From IMG/VR virus record IMGVR_UViG_3300027808_000024: DNA of 64,000 nucleotides. The stretch is one strand, 5' to 3'. Origin of the DNA: an uncultured virus (IMG/VR IMGVR_UViG_3300027808_000024). Taxonomy: Duplodnaviria; Heunggongvirae; Uroviricota; Caudoviricetes. Numbering within the stretch: the first letter of the stretch is position 1; the number at the start of each line of letters is the position of its first letter. The notes beneath the pieces are model-generated. The model saw only the letters and a list, made by a program, of their open reading frames with translations, was not told the DNA's origin and ran no database searches. The position numbers and the translations under genes are program-made. Shown here in pieces: positions 1-11,409 of the stretch.

Positions 1-2175
1 CAGCTTGCTGAAGATCTAAAGAAAAAAGTTGTAGATGCTGGAGATGCAATTAAGGCTATTGCTAAAGCAAGAGAAGCAGGTATTGTAGATCCAGAAATGC
101 TAAAAAGAATATCTCAAGATCAAAGTTTAATTAATAAAATATTATCAAGCAGTATGGATAATCAAACAGTAAAGGGTATTGTTGATTCTTATAAAGCACT
201 AGATGAATTAGGACAAATAACAGAGGGCCTTATTGATCCAGCAAGGGCTGCAATGGATGCATTTGATAAATTAAGAGAGGCTGCAGACAAGGTTTTTGAT
301 AGACAATCAAGACAGGCTCAGGCTGATTTTGAAAGCTCAATGAATAGACTTGCAAGTACAGTTACAAAACTACCAGCGGCATTTGAAAATCTAACAATTA
401 AGGGCGCAACAAGTAAAGCAAATGAAGATATAGCTACATTAAATAGAGAAATTGATCAAATACAGTATAGAGATATTCGTCCACTTGATATTAAAATTGA
501 GGCAGCAGAATCTTCAATAGACAAGATAATGCAAGGTCTTGAGTCTCAAGCAGCAGGTATGCAACAAGGATTTAAACTTCCGCCAGCAGCATATAAAGAT
601 GTTGCAGAGGGACTAAGAGATAAAATTAATGAAATGGAACTTGATCTTGAATTCAATCCTAATTATGGTTCAAGACTTATTGAGCAGTTACAGGATCAGA
701 TTTCAGATATAGAATTAGAAATAGAACTTAACTTTAGTAGGTCAATAGCAGCATTACAAGAAGAGTCTTCAGATCTTTCTAATGAATTAACATTAATGGA
801 TCGCGTAGTTGATGGCATCAATAAAAAATATGATGCACAAGCAGAAGCCCTACAAAGAGTATCAGATGTAAATCAGGAAATTTTAAATCAGCAAAAGAGT
901 CAACTAGATATTGCAGGCGCTCTTTCACAGGGAGATATTGCTGCTGCTGCTCGTGCAGCCCAAGAAGCAAGGGCGCAGGCTGCTGCTGCTGCATCACAGA
1001 GGGCTGGTGGAGTGTTAGATGCAGCAAGACAAGCAGAGACCTCAGCAGTTCGATCTCCAGGAGGCCTAACTAGAGCACAAATAGAAGAGCGTCAATTCCA
1101 GATAAGTCAACAAATATTCCAACTAGAAGAGCAGTCAGAAGCAAGACAGCGTTCTATTCTTGCACTACAAGATCAAATTCGTGGTATTGAAGAAATTCGC
1201 ACACAAAAACAAAGAGACATTCGTGATATACAAGATCAAATTGCTGCTGGAGAAAGAGCAAGAGAGATACTTATTAGAGAAAAGATTATTCCTCTAGAAA
1301 ATACAATTAAGGATTTGCAGAAACAAAAGGAAGGATTTGTTGCCAGCATAAATGCAAAAGAAGCAGATATTCTTAGAATTCAAAATGAAATTCTTGCACC
1401 ACTTGAGATAGAAGTTGCAGCAAGAGAAAAAATATTAAACGATCAACTTGATGCCATTAAGGCTCAAAAAGATGCTTACGATCAAGCACGTTTAAAACTT
1501 GAAGAGGCTATAGTTCCTGCCACAGAATTTGCTAAGCAAGCAGGAAACGCAGAAGCAGCATTTACTAATGCAAAAAATAAATATGAAGAGATGACAAAAC
1601 TTGGGGCTATTACTATAAGAATAAATGAGATAGTTACAAGAACTGTTAATGTTAATACTGTTGCGGGATCAAGTCCTTTCAATACCGCACAGGTTGCTGG
1701 AAAAATGTATGGTGGCAGAATAGATGGCTACATGGGTGGCGGTAAAGTAAGAAAAGCATATATGACTGATGGTGGAGCAGTTGGTTCTGATACCGTGCCA
1801 GCAATGCTAACTCCAGGAGAGTTTGTTGTAAATAAGGCATCTTCCAAAGCATTTGCTCCATTTTTAACTGCTATCAATGAAAGCAAATACCCTTCAATTT
1901 TAGCAAATAAAATATCTAATGCTAGACCAATATATCAAATTCCAATTCAAACATCTTTAAATCAGCCATCATATAACATTTCTACACCAATGTTTAATAC
2001 ATCTCCAACTAATATAGCAAATGCTTCATATAGCGATAACTCTAGCGCAGTGTATAATTATAGTGTAGGTATTAGTGTTGGTGGAACCAATGCATCACCA
2101 GAAACAGTAGCGAAAGCAGTTATGAACGAAATTAAATATTTAGACTCTCAAAGAGTTAAGAAGCAGAGGGTATAA
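1..2175 (+). CDS. Tape measure protein, C-terminal part (5' truncated by window edge)
   Basis: Frame is open from base 1; long Ala/Gln/Glu coiled-coil; C-terminal GSDTVPAMLTPGEFVVN motif typical of TMP ends; followed by tail genes. Confidence 0.85.
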   Translation, partial: QLAEDLKKKVVDAGDAIKAIAKAREAGIVDPEMLKRISQDQSLINKILSSSMDNQTVKGIVDSYKALDELGQITEGLIDPARAAMDAFDKLREAADKVFDRQSRQAQADFESSMNRLASTVTKLPAAFENLTIKGATSKANEDIATLNREIDQIQYRDIRPLDIKIEAAESSIDKIMQGLESQAAGMQQGFKLPPAAYKDVAEGLRDKINEMELDLEFNPNYGSRLIEQLQDQISDIELEIELNFSRSIAALQEESSDLSNELTLMDRVVDGINKKYDAQAEALQRVSDVNQEILNQQKSQLDIAGALSQGDIAAAARAAQEARAQAAAAASQRAGGVLDAARQAETSAVRSPGGLTRAQIEERQFQISQQIFQLEEQSEARQRSILALQDQIRGIEEIRTQKQRDIRDIQDQIAAGERAREILIREKIIPLENTIKDLQKQKEGFVASINAKEADILRIQNEILAPLEIEVAAREKILNDQLDAIKAQKDAYDQARLKLEEAIVPATEFAKQAGNAEAAFTNAKNKYEEMTKLGAITIRINEIVTRTVNVNTVAGSSPFNTAQVAGKMYGGRIDGYMGGGKVRKAYMTDGGAVGSDTVPAMLTPGEFVVNKASSKAFAPFLTAINESKYPSILANKISNARPIYQIPIQTSLNQPSYNISTPMFNTSPTNIANASYSDNSSAVYNYSVGISVGGTNASPETVAKAVMNEIKYLDSQRVKKQRV

Positions 2176-2177
2176 TA

Positions 2178-2825
2178 ATGGCCACATCCGCTTATTTAAC
2201 TGGTAGAAGAAGATATCAAAGACCACAGGCAGCGCTTTGGGCTAACAATCCAGGAACTTTAACTGGTGGAGTTTATGTTCCTAATGGACAAGAAGTTGGT
2301 GCCAATACAGCAGAAACAGACGAAGATCTTTTAAATCAGTTTATTATTCTTTCTGATCATAATAGAAGTGAAATTTCTTTTACCCCGCAAAGAATAGAGC
2401 AGCGCCAACGTACCATCAATGGCCGTATGAGATCATATCATATTGCAGACAAAATGCAAATTAGTTTTTCTTGGAGTATGCTTCCTTCTAGAGCATATTA
2501 TCAGGTAGCAGCATTTAATGAAAGCACGGGAATATCTCCATACAAAAATAATACTCAAGAATTTACTGCAGATGGTGGAGCAGGTGGGGTAGCAATATTA
2601 GATTGGTACAACAATCACACAGGACCATTTTGGATGTATCTATCATATGACAATTATGCAAACTTTAAAGAAGATGGAGAGATAGTAAATAACTCTTTTG
2701 GCCACCTCGCACAATATAATGAAATTATTCAGGTATATTTTGCAGACTTCAACTATTCTGTAGTCAAGCGTGGTGGCGACAACTTTGACATGTGGAATAT
2801 ATCGGTAACTCTGGAAGAGGTCTAA
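2178..2825 (+). CDS. Putative distal tail / minor tail protein
   Basis: Directly after TMP; beta-rich 215 aa ending WNISVTLEEV, Dit-like position. Confidence 0.6.
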   Translation: MATSAYLTGRRRYQRPQAALWANNPGTLTGGVYVPNGQEVGANTAETDEDLLNQFIILSDHNRSEISFTPQRIEQRQRTINGRMRSYHIADKMQISFSWSMLPSRAYYQVAAFNESTGISPYKNNTQEFTADGGAGGVAILDWYNNHTGPFWMYLSYDNYANFKEDGEIVNNSFGHLAQYNEIIQVYFADFNYSVVKRGGDNFDMWNISVTLEEV

Positions 2826-2826
2826 A

Positions 2827-5800
2827 GTGTTTGTAAGCGAAGCATTAAAGACTCACCTTGAAACATCAGCAACAATAAATCTTCAGTCTCTTGTTTTGGC
2901 TGAATGGAATATGAATATGCCAGATAATATTTTTAAGGTTGGTAACTATCGATATCGCCCAAGAGATGTAAATTCAATTTATAGAACCATTCCATCAACA
3001 TTTGATCAATTAGATGCTGGAGAATATTATACTGGTGCAACAGATGCAGATGTTGTAATTGACGGTGGATTTGAAAACGACGGGACTCCACAACAGTTTA
3101 CTTTAACTAAAGACAAGATGAGAATGCTTTATTCTTTAGAAGATTGTCTAAAACCATTTAGACCAAGGTCTGGAATCAATAAAGCATTATACATTTCTGG
3201 AAGACACATTGCCAATTCTGGAGCAGACATTTCTGAAAGACCAAGATATTACATGCCATCAAGATATGATCAGTTTAGATATTGGACTTCGTATAGAACA
3301 GAAGGCGGAGATGAATACGGAATTGCAAAAAATGTATCAAATGGATTATATTTTATAGATGATGCTGCCCCCTTTGTGGTGTATAAAGAACAGGTTCCAG
3401 CAAACAGGGTAGTTATTAAAATGCAAACAAATGTTGGAGATGTTGATCTTGGACCATTCTCAACAAACACAGGCAGCATAGATGATCCACTATTTGGAAC
3501 GGCAAACCAAACAACCCCGTCAAGGTGGAAAGTTCAGTATTTATCTGGAACAGAGTGGATAGACCTATACGTATTTAATGAGTTTACTACTAGAGATGAT
3601 GAAGAAAATTCACCAATCATAGGCTCTGACGGATATGTTGAGTTAGAATATGGACTAGTTATTCCAGATGCGTACAAAGATACTTTTGTTTTTGCTGAGA
3701 TATTTTCTTCAGATACCCTGCTTCCAGAATCAAGTGTAACTGGATATGCATATCTTGTAATTGAAAATGAAGGAGATCTTGGAACATTTCACATTTGGAC
3801 TGGTTCTGAATACGAAACATTTAGTCCAGAATATGGCTGGTCTTTAGGTTCAGAAACAATAACAAATCAAACTAACTTTGTTAATGACTTGACATCTCCA
3901 GACTCATTTACAGACGAATTTGACGGGGCAACCAAATATAGACAATTCCAATACCTAAAAGGATTACGCATAGTAGTAGATGTAATGAATAAGCAAGATA
4001 GCACCTTTGATCTCATAGAAATGTCTCCAAGGCTTTTGGTAGATATGTCTGACAAGGTAATTGATTATAGAGTTACCAAAATGCTATCTGATCTTGGAAA
4101 CAGTTCAATTCCAGTAGGCCAACTTATGGCTTCTAATGGAGAGTTAAATATTTTTGATGACGACCAGGCTTTTAATGATAACAATACAGATAGCATTATT
4201 TCTTCATATGTAAGAAAAAATATTAAATTTAGATTCTATGAAAAAATAGTAAATGTTGATGGCTTTGATTATTATGTTCCTATAAAGACTTTATACTCTG
4301 ATGGGTTTCCACAGGCAGATGTAACAGGGGCAACTCTATCTTTAAGCCTTAGAGACTTCTTTTTCTTTTTAGAGTCTATGCCAGCACCAAGATTGCTTAT
4401 GACACAGACATCTGTTAGCATGGCTGTTTCAACTCTTCTTGATTATGTAGGATTCAGCAACTATACATTTAGAAGAGTAACTGGAGAATCCGATACTATA
4501 ATTCCTTTCTTTTTTGTAGCCCCTGATCAAAACGTTGCAGAGGTTTTAACACAGTTGGCTGTTGCAACTCAAAGTGCTATGTTCTTTGACGAATTCAATA
4601 ATTTTATAGTAATGAGCAAAAACTATCTTCTACCAACTGAAGATGATAGAGCAACTGATTTTATTTTATCTGGATCTAATAATCAAACAGACACAGGCGT
4701 AGTTAAAAATTCTACATCTGGAAATCTTCCAAACATTATTTCAATATCTTCTCAAGATAAAAAAATATACAATGATGGAAAAATTAATTATACAACTAGA
4801 TACATTCAAAGATCTTATGGCAGCATAAGACAAGCAAGTTTAGTTGATGCAGAAAAAACGTGGATCTACAAACCAGTCCTGCTTTGGGAGGTTGCTGGAA
4901 CTGAAAACTTAAAGACAATAAATGAGGTTGCTTCAAAACAAGGAACTTATGTGTTAAGTGCTTTGCCTATGAACTCTAATCTAACTACTTCTCCACCATC
5001 AGTATCTAATGGCGCTGTTATAAATAACGTAATAGATTTTGGAGAAAGTATTTATTGGCTTACAAGATATCAGGGATATTTTTATTCTAGCGGAGAAATA
5101 ATTAGATACGATGCCGTTCAATTTAACATAACTGGCGTTGGAAATGTTTATATAAGTAGCAATCAAGAGTATCAAAGATACTTTGCATCCCTGCCATTTA
5201 ATGGAAAGATATATCCAACAGGGCTTGTAAGAATCTACTCTCTTCCTTTTTATGAAACAATAGACGGCAATACAAGAATGAAGTCTGGGCCTGTCTATCA
5301 GCATGGTCGTGGACAATTTGGAACACCTATTGTTGATCATACCGCTGGTATTAATAACTACTGGACTGATAACGAATATGTTCGTGGTTGTGAGATGCAG
5401 ACGCAATATCTATTTACAACTTTGCTTGATGAAGATATAAATGCTCCCTCAACAACAACTGGCGCTGCTGGAGTAAACAATGATCTTGCTCGTCAAACCA
5501 CAAGAAATGGTGTCATTAAAAACTTTATGACAACAAATTATTTAACTGAAACACAGGTAAATAATCTTAAAACAACACAGACGGGAACAATACAATCTTC
5601 TGCTTTAGTTATGAATGGTCCTTCTTTTAAAACTACAGAAACTCCTTTAAACTTTGTTTCTTATGTATATAAAAATTTAGATAATGCATATAGACATTTT
5701 GGAACAAGGCTTAGAGTTATTGGGAAAATTGAAAACAGTGAGGTAAGAGGTCAGACCCCCATAGGTAGCACATCCTATTTTCAAGTTTCTGGTGCGGGCA

Positions 5801-7146
5801 CAAATAAAAACATAAGTATCGGAGGAGGATCTGGAGGCTTAGCAGTTCTTCTTAATCCAGAAACCAATAATGGATACTACTTTGAAATAGTAGCCTTAAC
5901 AGAAAATAATATTGAGCAGTATTTAAAAATAAACTCTAAAACTGGAGAGGGAGAAATCTCAATCAATAACGTTGTTTTTTATAAAGTTAAAAAAGATTCT
6001 TCAAACACAAACGCAATACCAGTTAAACTTTGGGGAGGCTTAACAAATATACTTGTAGACGATGGTAGATTTACTGGTCAATATAGGCTGATGGGTGAAG
6101 AAAATCCTACGGTTTATGACCTATCGGTTGAATATCAAGACATAGGAAATACAAGAAGATTTTATTTATATATAAACGGCAAACTGATAAAAATTGTAGA
6201 CGATACAGATCCTTTGCCAATATATAACAATATGGCTTTATTTACACGTGGCTCATCAAGAGTTATGTTTGAAAATATTTATGCACTAACCAATAACTAT
6301 GCTCAAAATTCTGTATTCACTGTTGGAGAGACTTTGTCTAACGCCTTTGGAGACAAACAAATAGATGCAAATGAGTCTTTTAGAAAATATGCAATGAGCG
6401 GTTTGCTTCAATCTACATACCTTTCTGGAATTAGTGCACAAGAGCCACCCAAATACAATATGTATTTTGAAGAATTTGGAACTATTATGCGTGAGTGTGC
6501 ATACTTTGACATTAGATATGATCGTGCATACCCTGCATTATATGCAAAAATATCTCCAACTTTTAATAGAATAAAAGGATACTCGGTTTCTGGATTTCAG
6601 GCAGATTCTTACGGTGCCGAATTTTTGATATTTAATGCAACAGATACTGCTTTAAACCTAGATGAAACAACTGGAAACTATTTAAGAATTCAAGGGGTTA
6701 CATTTACTCAAGACACTACCCACGAACTTACAGTGGACGAATATTTTAAGAAGAAAAGCAACTTGTCTGATCCAGAATTTGAGGCAGACACAGTGACTAC
6801 ATCTGCCTTAGTAGAAAAAGCAAAGTATGACGAAATTAAACTTAGTAGATTAATCTATGGCAAAAATGAATTTTCTATTGATAGTTTGTATATTCAGACA
6901 CAAGATGATGCAGAAGATTTGCTTGGCTGGATCATAAATAAAACAAAAGATCCTAAAAAAGCAATTGGGCTAGAACTATTTTCAATACCCACTCTACAAC
7001 TTGGAGATGTTGTAACAATAGATTATCAAGACGCTAATGACCTTGATTTGGTTACCGCTTCAGATACAAGGTTTGTTGTGTATAATATTGATTACTCTAG
7101 ATCTGGTGCTGGGCCATCTATGACTGTTTATTTGAGCGAGGTGTAA
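2827..7146 (+). CDS. Large tail/baseplate hub protein
   Basis: 1439 aa beta-rich ORF in tail module; C-terminal PTLQLGDVVTI resembles tail hub C-termini. Confidence 0.65.
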   Translation: MFVSEALKTHLETSATINLQSLVLAEWNMNMPDNIFKVGNYRYRPRDVNSIYRTIPSTFDQLDAGEYYTGATDADVVIDGGFENDGTPQQFTLTKDKMRMLYSLEDCLKPFRPRSGINKALYISGRHIANSGADISERPRYYMPSRYDQFRYWTSYRTEGGDEYGIAKNVSNGLYFIDDAAPFVVYKEQVPANRVVIKMQTNVGDVDLGPFSTNTGSIDDPLFGTANQTTPSRWKVQYLSGTEWIDLYVFNEFTTRDDEENSPIIGSDGYVELEYGLVIPDAYKDTFVFAEIFSSDTLLPESSVTGYAYLVIENEGDLGTFHIWTGSEYETFSPEYGWSLGSETITNQTNFVNDLTSPDSFTDEFDGATKYRQFQYLKGLRIVVDVMNKQDSTFDLIEMSPRLLVDMSDKVIDYRVTKMLSDLGNSSIPVGQLMASNGELNIFDDDQAFNDNNTDSIISSYVRKNIKFRFYEKIVNVDGFDYYVPIKTLYSDGFPQADVTGATLSLSLRDFFFFLESMPAPRLLMTQTSVSMAVSTLLDYVGFSNYTFRRVTGESDTIIPFFFVAPDQNVAEVLTQLAVATQSAMFFDEFNNFIVMSKNYLLPTEDDRATDFILSGSNNQTDTGVVKNSTSGNLPNIISISSQDKKIYNDGKINYTTRYIQRSYGSIRQASLVDAEKTWIYKPVLLWEVAGTENLKTINEVASKQGTYVLSALPMNSNLTTSPPSVSNGAVINNVIDFGESIYWLTRYQGYFYSSGEIIRYDAVQFNITGVGNVYISSNQEYQRYFASLPFNGKIYPTGLVRIYSLPFYETIDGNTRMKSGPVYQHGRGQFGTPIVDHTAGINNYWTDNEYVRGCEMQTQYLFTTLLDEDINAPSTTTGAAGVNNDLARQTTRNGVIKNFMTTNYLTETQVNNLKTTQTGTIQSSALVMNGPSFKTTETPLNFVSYVYKNLDNAYRHFGTRLRVIGKIENSEVRGQTPIGSTSYFQVSGAGTNKNISIGGGSGGLAVLLNPETNNGYYFEIVALTENNIEQYLKINSKTGEGEISINNVVFYKVKKDSSNTNAIPVKLWGGLTNILVDDGRFTGQYRLMGEENPTVYDLSVEYQDIGNTRRFYLYINGKLIKIVDDTDPLPIYNNMALFTRGSSRVMFENIYALTNNYAQNSVFTVGETLSNAFGDKQIDANESFRKYAMSGLLQSTYLSGISAQEPPKYNMYFEEFGTIMRECAYFDIRYDRAYPALYAKISPTFNRIKGYSVSGFQADSYGAEFLIFNATDTALNLDETTGNYLRIQGVTFTQDTTHELTVDEYFKKKSNLSDPEFEADTVTTSALVEKAKYDEIKLSRLIYGKNEFSIDSLYIQTQDDAEDLLGWIINKTKDPKKAIGLELFSIPTLQLGDVVTIDYQDANDLDLVTASDTRFVVYNIDYSRSGAGPSMTVYLSEV

Positions 7147-7147
7147 A

Positions 7148-8176
7148 ATGGTAAGAAAAAAATCACCAACCAAAATATTCAACGATGATGATTATTTAGA
7201 TGCAAGCGGAAATTACACACAAGTTCCTGCTCCTAACCCTAAAGCAGTTACTCAGGCACCATCTACAAGTGATGATTTTGATAATGCAATTAGGTCTATT
7301 CAACAAATTGTTGCTGATTCGCAAAGTGCCAGAGAAGAAAGACAGGCTGCTGCAGAGCAAAGAAAAGAAGAACTTGCAAAAGCAAGATTAGAAAATTTTA
7401 CACCACTTTATGAAAGAATAGATGCTGCAAGAGTAAATGTTGAATTAATACGAGCAAGGCTTTTAGAAAGCGAATATGGAGGAACTCCTCCTCCTCCTCC
7501 TCCAAAAGCTAAGACAGAGGTTGGTAGAACCTATTCTGGTCAATGTGCAAGTCGTGTTTTAATAATTAAATATAGCGATGGTAGCTCAGATACTATTTCA
7601 TCTCCAGACACAACAAGCACAGGATGTTTTGATCCAGGAATTGAACTTGGCACAAGCACAATAGACAATCCTATTTCAACTCCCACCCCTCCACCTGCTC
7701 CAACGCCACCAAAGCCAATAGTGCTCCCGTCACCTCCACCACCTCCACCAAAAACAGCACCAATAGATACAATTCTTTTTGATGAAGAGGCTGTTCCAAT
7801 AGAAATCATGTCCGATATGATCTTTGAAGATATCGGAGGACATGAAATAATAAACATTGCTCGCAATGATACTATTAATGGACAGACTGTTACATACCAG
7901 CCAATAAAAAATCTATCATCAATTCAACAACAGTATAATCCAAATAATGTTCTTGCTTTACAAAATACATCAGATAAATACTTTCAAAATTTTTCTATTA
8001 AACTAGATACAAAATTACCAGAGGAGGGCTCTGGACCAGATGCAGCCTATATTTATATAGAAAATGCAACTGGAGATTTAATAATAGAACTTATTAATCT
8101 TGAGCCTGATGAGCAGATAGAGGTAGAAATTAGCCTTAGTGGTACAATATATGAAGCGGAGTTCAATGAATCATGA
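7148..8176 (+). CDS. Putative virion protein with Pro-rich linker
   Basis: 342 aa; poly-Pro tracts; tail module context. Confidence 0.5.
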   Translation: MVRKKSPTKIFNDDDYLDASGNYTQVPAPNPKAVTQAPSTSDDFDNAIRSIQQIVADSQSAREERQAAAEQRKEELAKARLENFTPLYERIDAARVNVELIRARLLESEYGGTPPPPPPKAKTEVGRTYSGQCASRVLIIKYSDGSSDTISSPDTTSTGCFDPGIELGTSTIDNPISTPTPPPAPTPPKPIVLPSPPPPPPKTAPIDTILFDEEAVPIEIMSDMIFEDIGGHEIINIARNDTINGQTVTYQPIKNLSSIQQQYNPNNVLALQNTSDKYFQNFSIKLDTKLPEEGSGPDAAYIYIENATGDLIIELINLEPDEQIEVEISLSGTIYEAEFNES

Positions 8177-9291
8177 TAACTAATACTGGTAAGAATATTA
8201 TTGGCAAATACCTGCTTGGTCAGGCACCTGCCTATGCCTCTTATATAGCCGTAGGATGCGGTCCACAGCCCCTAGAAGCTGCTGACCCATATGGTGACTA
8301 CTCCACAAAAGAAAACCTTGATTTTGAGATGTTTCGTGTGCCCATTTCTTCCAGGGGATTTGTAACAGAAAATAATGTAACTAAACTAGTACTCACAGCA
8401 GAACTACCAACAGAAGAAAGATATGAAATATCAGAGATTGGTATTTTTTCTGCTGGAACAAATCCGTCTGCTGGGGCATCTGATAGCAAGACAATATTTG
8501 CTTTCACGCAAGGTGAAAATTGGCAATATTATTCTGCTACATCTACAGTTGCAATAGACACTGAAACATCGCAGTTAGACTCTGCAGATGATAATGTTAT
8601 TGATGTAGCCGATCCAGTATTTCAAACAAATGCAGACAATCCTACATTTTTTAAAACTGGTAGAACAGAAATATTTGAAAGATGTAGATTTTTTAATAAT
8701 ACGATATTAATGAAGGGTAATTCCTCAACCTTAAATGCATCCTCAACTTCTGGTTTTGCAATTGTGGCTGGATCAAACTACATAGGATTAACTGGAGTTG
8801 GAACTGCTGTTGATTTTACAAGAAACTCTCCAGTAGACGAATTAAGACTTGCTTTTTCTGTAGTTAACAGAGATGGAGATTCGGGTGTATCTCCAGACAG
8901 AGTTAAAATTTTAATTGAGTTTTCTGCGCCAGGAAGTCAGTTTGCAAGGTTTACAGTGGATGCAATAGATGGGGCAGCGGGTTTTAATTTTGATGAAAAT
9001 AGATATTATGTGGTATCACAAGAACTTCAAGAACTAGCAAAGACTAATGGCTTTACTTGGGATGCTGTTAACATTATCAGAATTTATTCATCAGTTCTTG
9101 TTAGTGGTTCAGTTTCTTCAAATTATTATGTTGCTTTAGACGCCCTTAGACTAGAAAATACCTCAAGCAATAATCCTTTATATGGTATGACTGGTTATAC
9201 CGTTGTAAAAAATACAGATGGAGAAACAATAATTAAACCACCTAACACTAGCAATTATGTTGAATTTAGATTTTCTATCGGAGTAACATAG
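8173..9291 (+). CDS. Putative tail/baseplate structural protein
   Basis: Starts MITNTGKNIIGKYL..YIAVG..ISEIGIF, like tail-collar/baseplate N-termini. Confidence 0.55.
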   Translation: MITNTGKNIIGKYLLGQAPAYASYIAVGCGPQPLEAADPYGDYSTKENLDFEMFRVPISSRGFVTENNVTKLVLTAELPTEERYEISEIGIFSAGTNPSAGASDSKTIFAFTQGENWQYYSATSTVAIDTETSQLDSADDNVIDVADPVFQTNADNPTFFKTGRTEIFERCRFFNNTILMKGNSSTLNASSTSGFAIVAGSNYIGLTGVGTAVDFTRNSPVDELRLAFSVVNRDGDSGVSPDRVKILIEFSAPGSQFARFTVDAIDGAAGFNFDENRYYVVSQELQELAKTNGFTWDAVNIIRIYSSVLVSGSVSSNYYVALDALRLENTSSNNPLYGMTGYTVVKNTDGETIIKPPNTSNYVEFRFSIGVT

Positions 9292-9701
9292 TGGCTAACA
9301 AGGTATTAAGAATTCCAAAAAATGATTTGCCTCCAGTAGAATCAGACAATGTTTATTCTGTTAGATTTAGAGTGGTATCTGAAGATAAAAACAGAACTTC
9401 TCATTGGTCTCCTGTTTTTGTTATAGAGTCAACAACCCCTGTTGCCGTTAATGGAGAGGTCGTTGTTAGTGGACCAATTATTATTGCAGCCTGGGAAGAT
9501 GAAGAAGATAGGCCACAATATGATGTGTTTGTCAAGTTTGATTCTGATCCGTATATATATCATGGAACTACCCCAATTCACACATATACATTTTTAAATG
9601 AGGCGTCTTCAACTGTTAGAGTAAAAATTCAAATAGTTGGATCTGCCAAAACAAGCAATGCAACCTTAACAATATGGGAATCAGCAATAACTTCCGTATA
9701 G
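9291..9701 (+). CDS. Putative virion protein (Fn3/Ig-like)
   Basis: YSVRFRVVSEDKNRTSHWS is an Fn3-like signature; tail module. Confidence 0.45.
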   Translation: MANKVLRIPKNDLPPVESDNVYSVRFRVVSEDKNRTSHWSPVFVIESTTPVAVNGEVVVSGPIIIAAWEDEEDRPQYDVFVKFDSDPYIYHGTTPIHTYTFLNEASSTVRVKIQIVGSAKTSNATLTIWESAITSV

Positions 9702-9738
9702 TTAGAGGCTAACTGGTATAATTAAATGAAGGAGAAAA

Positions 9739-10182
9739 ATGGCTAAAGTACCGCTTCCAGAACGAGGACAACCTCTTGATGTAACTTATATATATCAATT
9801 GGCTGAAACAATTAATGATATTGCTACACAGGTTTCATCTGCAACATATAACTATACTACTATTGATACTGTAAGCGCTGGAAAGCAAAGCGTAAAAACT
9901 TCAGAAGCAAGAGTAATTGGTGGTTTCGTAGAGGTTGCAAATAATTCCACAGTAAGCGCTGGTAACGAAAAAACATTTGCATATGACTTTCCATCAGATT
10001 TTAAGTATGCTCCGATTGCAACAGCAACAGCAGTAAACATAGGAAACACGCCTGCTGGTCAAAACGTAACTGTAATATTAAAATCTATAACGACTTCTAG
10101 GGTTGAGGGCGTTGTGAGGTTTGGCGCTTCTGGAGACCTTTCTTTAAATATAAATATTATTGTTGTCGGTATTCCAAACTAA
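9739..10182 (+). CDS. Putative tail fibre/receptor-binding tip protein
   Basis: GAAGGAG RBS; C-terminal FPSDFKYAPIATAT..IIVVG resembles H-type-lectin-like fibre tips. Confidence 0.45.
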   Translation: MAKVPLPERGQPLDVTYIYQLAETINDIATQVSSATYNYTTIDTVSAGKQSVKTSEARVIGGFVEVANNSTVSAGNEKTFAYDFPSDFKYAPIATATAVNIGNTPAGQNVTVILKSITTSRVEGVVRFGASGDLSLNINIIVVGIPN

Positions 10183-10191
10183 GGGGTAGTT

Positions 10192-10386
10192 TTGATTCTT
10201 CGTTGCAAAAAATGCAATGGCAGATTATTTGTTGACAGACAGTACTCTAGCCAGATACACTTAGAGGTGTATTGTCTGTTGTGTGGCAGTAGAAAGTTTT
10301 ATCATCCACCTTCAGATAGCAAGGAGGGTTTATGGCTTATGTCCCAAGAACAGTTGAGAGCAAAGGCTATAATAACAAGCCTGTAA
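10192..10386 (+). CDS. Small Zn-ribbon protein
   Basis: CKKC...CLLC. Confidence 0.5.
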   Translation: MILRCKKCNGRLFVDRQYSSQIHLEVYCLLCGSRKFYHPPSDSKEGLWLMSQEQLRAKAIITSL

Positions 10387-10874
10387 TTCCTGGAAACAAA
10401 ACTATTTGGTTTCTTAATGGAGATCTTGTAAGGCTTTATCATAGTTCTAGGTCTACTGGCATGGTAACTGTTTATAACATTACAAAAGATAGATTAGAAA
10501 CATGTCTAAGATCTGATTTTAGAAGAAACAGAGAAAAGGCATACACTGTATCAGAAACTGCTCAACTTGTCAATAGGCATCGTAAATATTTTCCAAGATT
10601 AGTAAAGAAGGGTGCAATACCTCCTCCTATGGGTGCACAGATTAATGGAACAAGAGGTTGGCAGATTAGAGCATACTATTCAGAGTCGCAAGTAAAAGAG
10701 ATACGTGATATACTTGCTAGTTATCATTTAGGCAGACCTAGAAAAGATAAATTAATTACAAATGGAATTACGCCAACAAAGCAAGAGTTGACACGCAGAA
10801 TTGGTAATGGTATACTGACATATACGAAAACAGAAGACGGTAGGTTTATACCTACATGGTCAGAAAAAATCTAG
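10332..10874 (+). CDS. MerR-like HTH DNA-binding protein
   Basis: AYTVSETAQLVNRHRKYF...G.IPPP...RAYYSESQV; AAGGAGG RBS. Confidence 0.6.
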   Translation: MAYVPRTVESKGYNNKPVIPGNKTIWFLNGDLVRLYHSSRSTGMVTVYNITKDRLETCLRSDFRRNREKAYTVSETAQLVNRHRKYFPRLVKKGAIPPPMGAQINGTRGWQIRAYYSESQVKEIRDILASYHLGRPRKDKLITNGITPTKQELTRRIGNGILTYTKTEDGRFIPTWSEKI

Positions 10875-10889
10875 TCCTTGGGAGGGGCA

Positions 10890-11099
10890 GTGGAAAAAGA
10901 GAGCACAAAAGTATCAGTAACACTTGGCTACACACTTAATCTTGGTAATTTTCAATCGTTAAGAGTAGACATTGGTGTTGTAGACAGCGTTCGCAATGAA
11001 GAAGATATAGACCAAGCAACAAATCGTGTTTATGATTTTGTTGAAAGCAAGGTTATTGAAAAGGTCAATGAAGCAAAGGCAGAACTGGTAACAGAGTAA
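10890..11099 (+). CDS. Hypothetical protein
   Basis: GTG start after GGAGG; YTLNLGNFQSLRVD. Confidence 0.55.
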   Translation: MEKESTKVSVTLGYTLNLGNFQSLRVDIGVVDSVRNEEDIDQATNRVYDFVESKVIEKVNEAKAELVTE

Positions 11100-11100
11100 T

Positions 11101-11409
11101 ATGGCTGAACGCAAAGACCGCATGGCTTTGCTCAGTCGGTATAACAAACTGCATTTGCAAAGATACGAAACGAAGTCTAATCTCAATCTAAACGTTGAGC
11201 AATGGGCTGCCGATGCTCTAGTTGAATCATATGGTATTTCACAGTGTTATGATTTGTTATCTTATTACTTTGAAATATCAAAAAATCCTTCATGGAATTC
11301 TTTTGCATACAACACAAAACAATTACTTGATGGTAAAATGGCTATAGAGAAAGATAAAAAAGAACGAGAAGAGCGTAGGAAAAAAGCGAGGGAGTGGTTA
11401 AATGATTGA
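11101..11409 (+). CDS. Hypothetical protein, possibly helicase loader/initiator
   Basis: Overlaps helicase start; function from position only. Confidence 0.4.
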   Translation: MAERKDRMALLSRYNKLHLQRYETKSNLNLNVEQWAADALVESYGISQCYDLLSYYFEISKNPSWNSFAYNTKQLLDGKMAIEKDKKEREERRKKAREWLND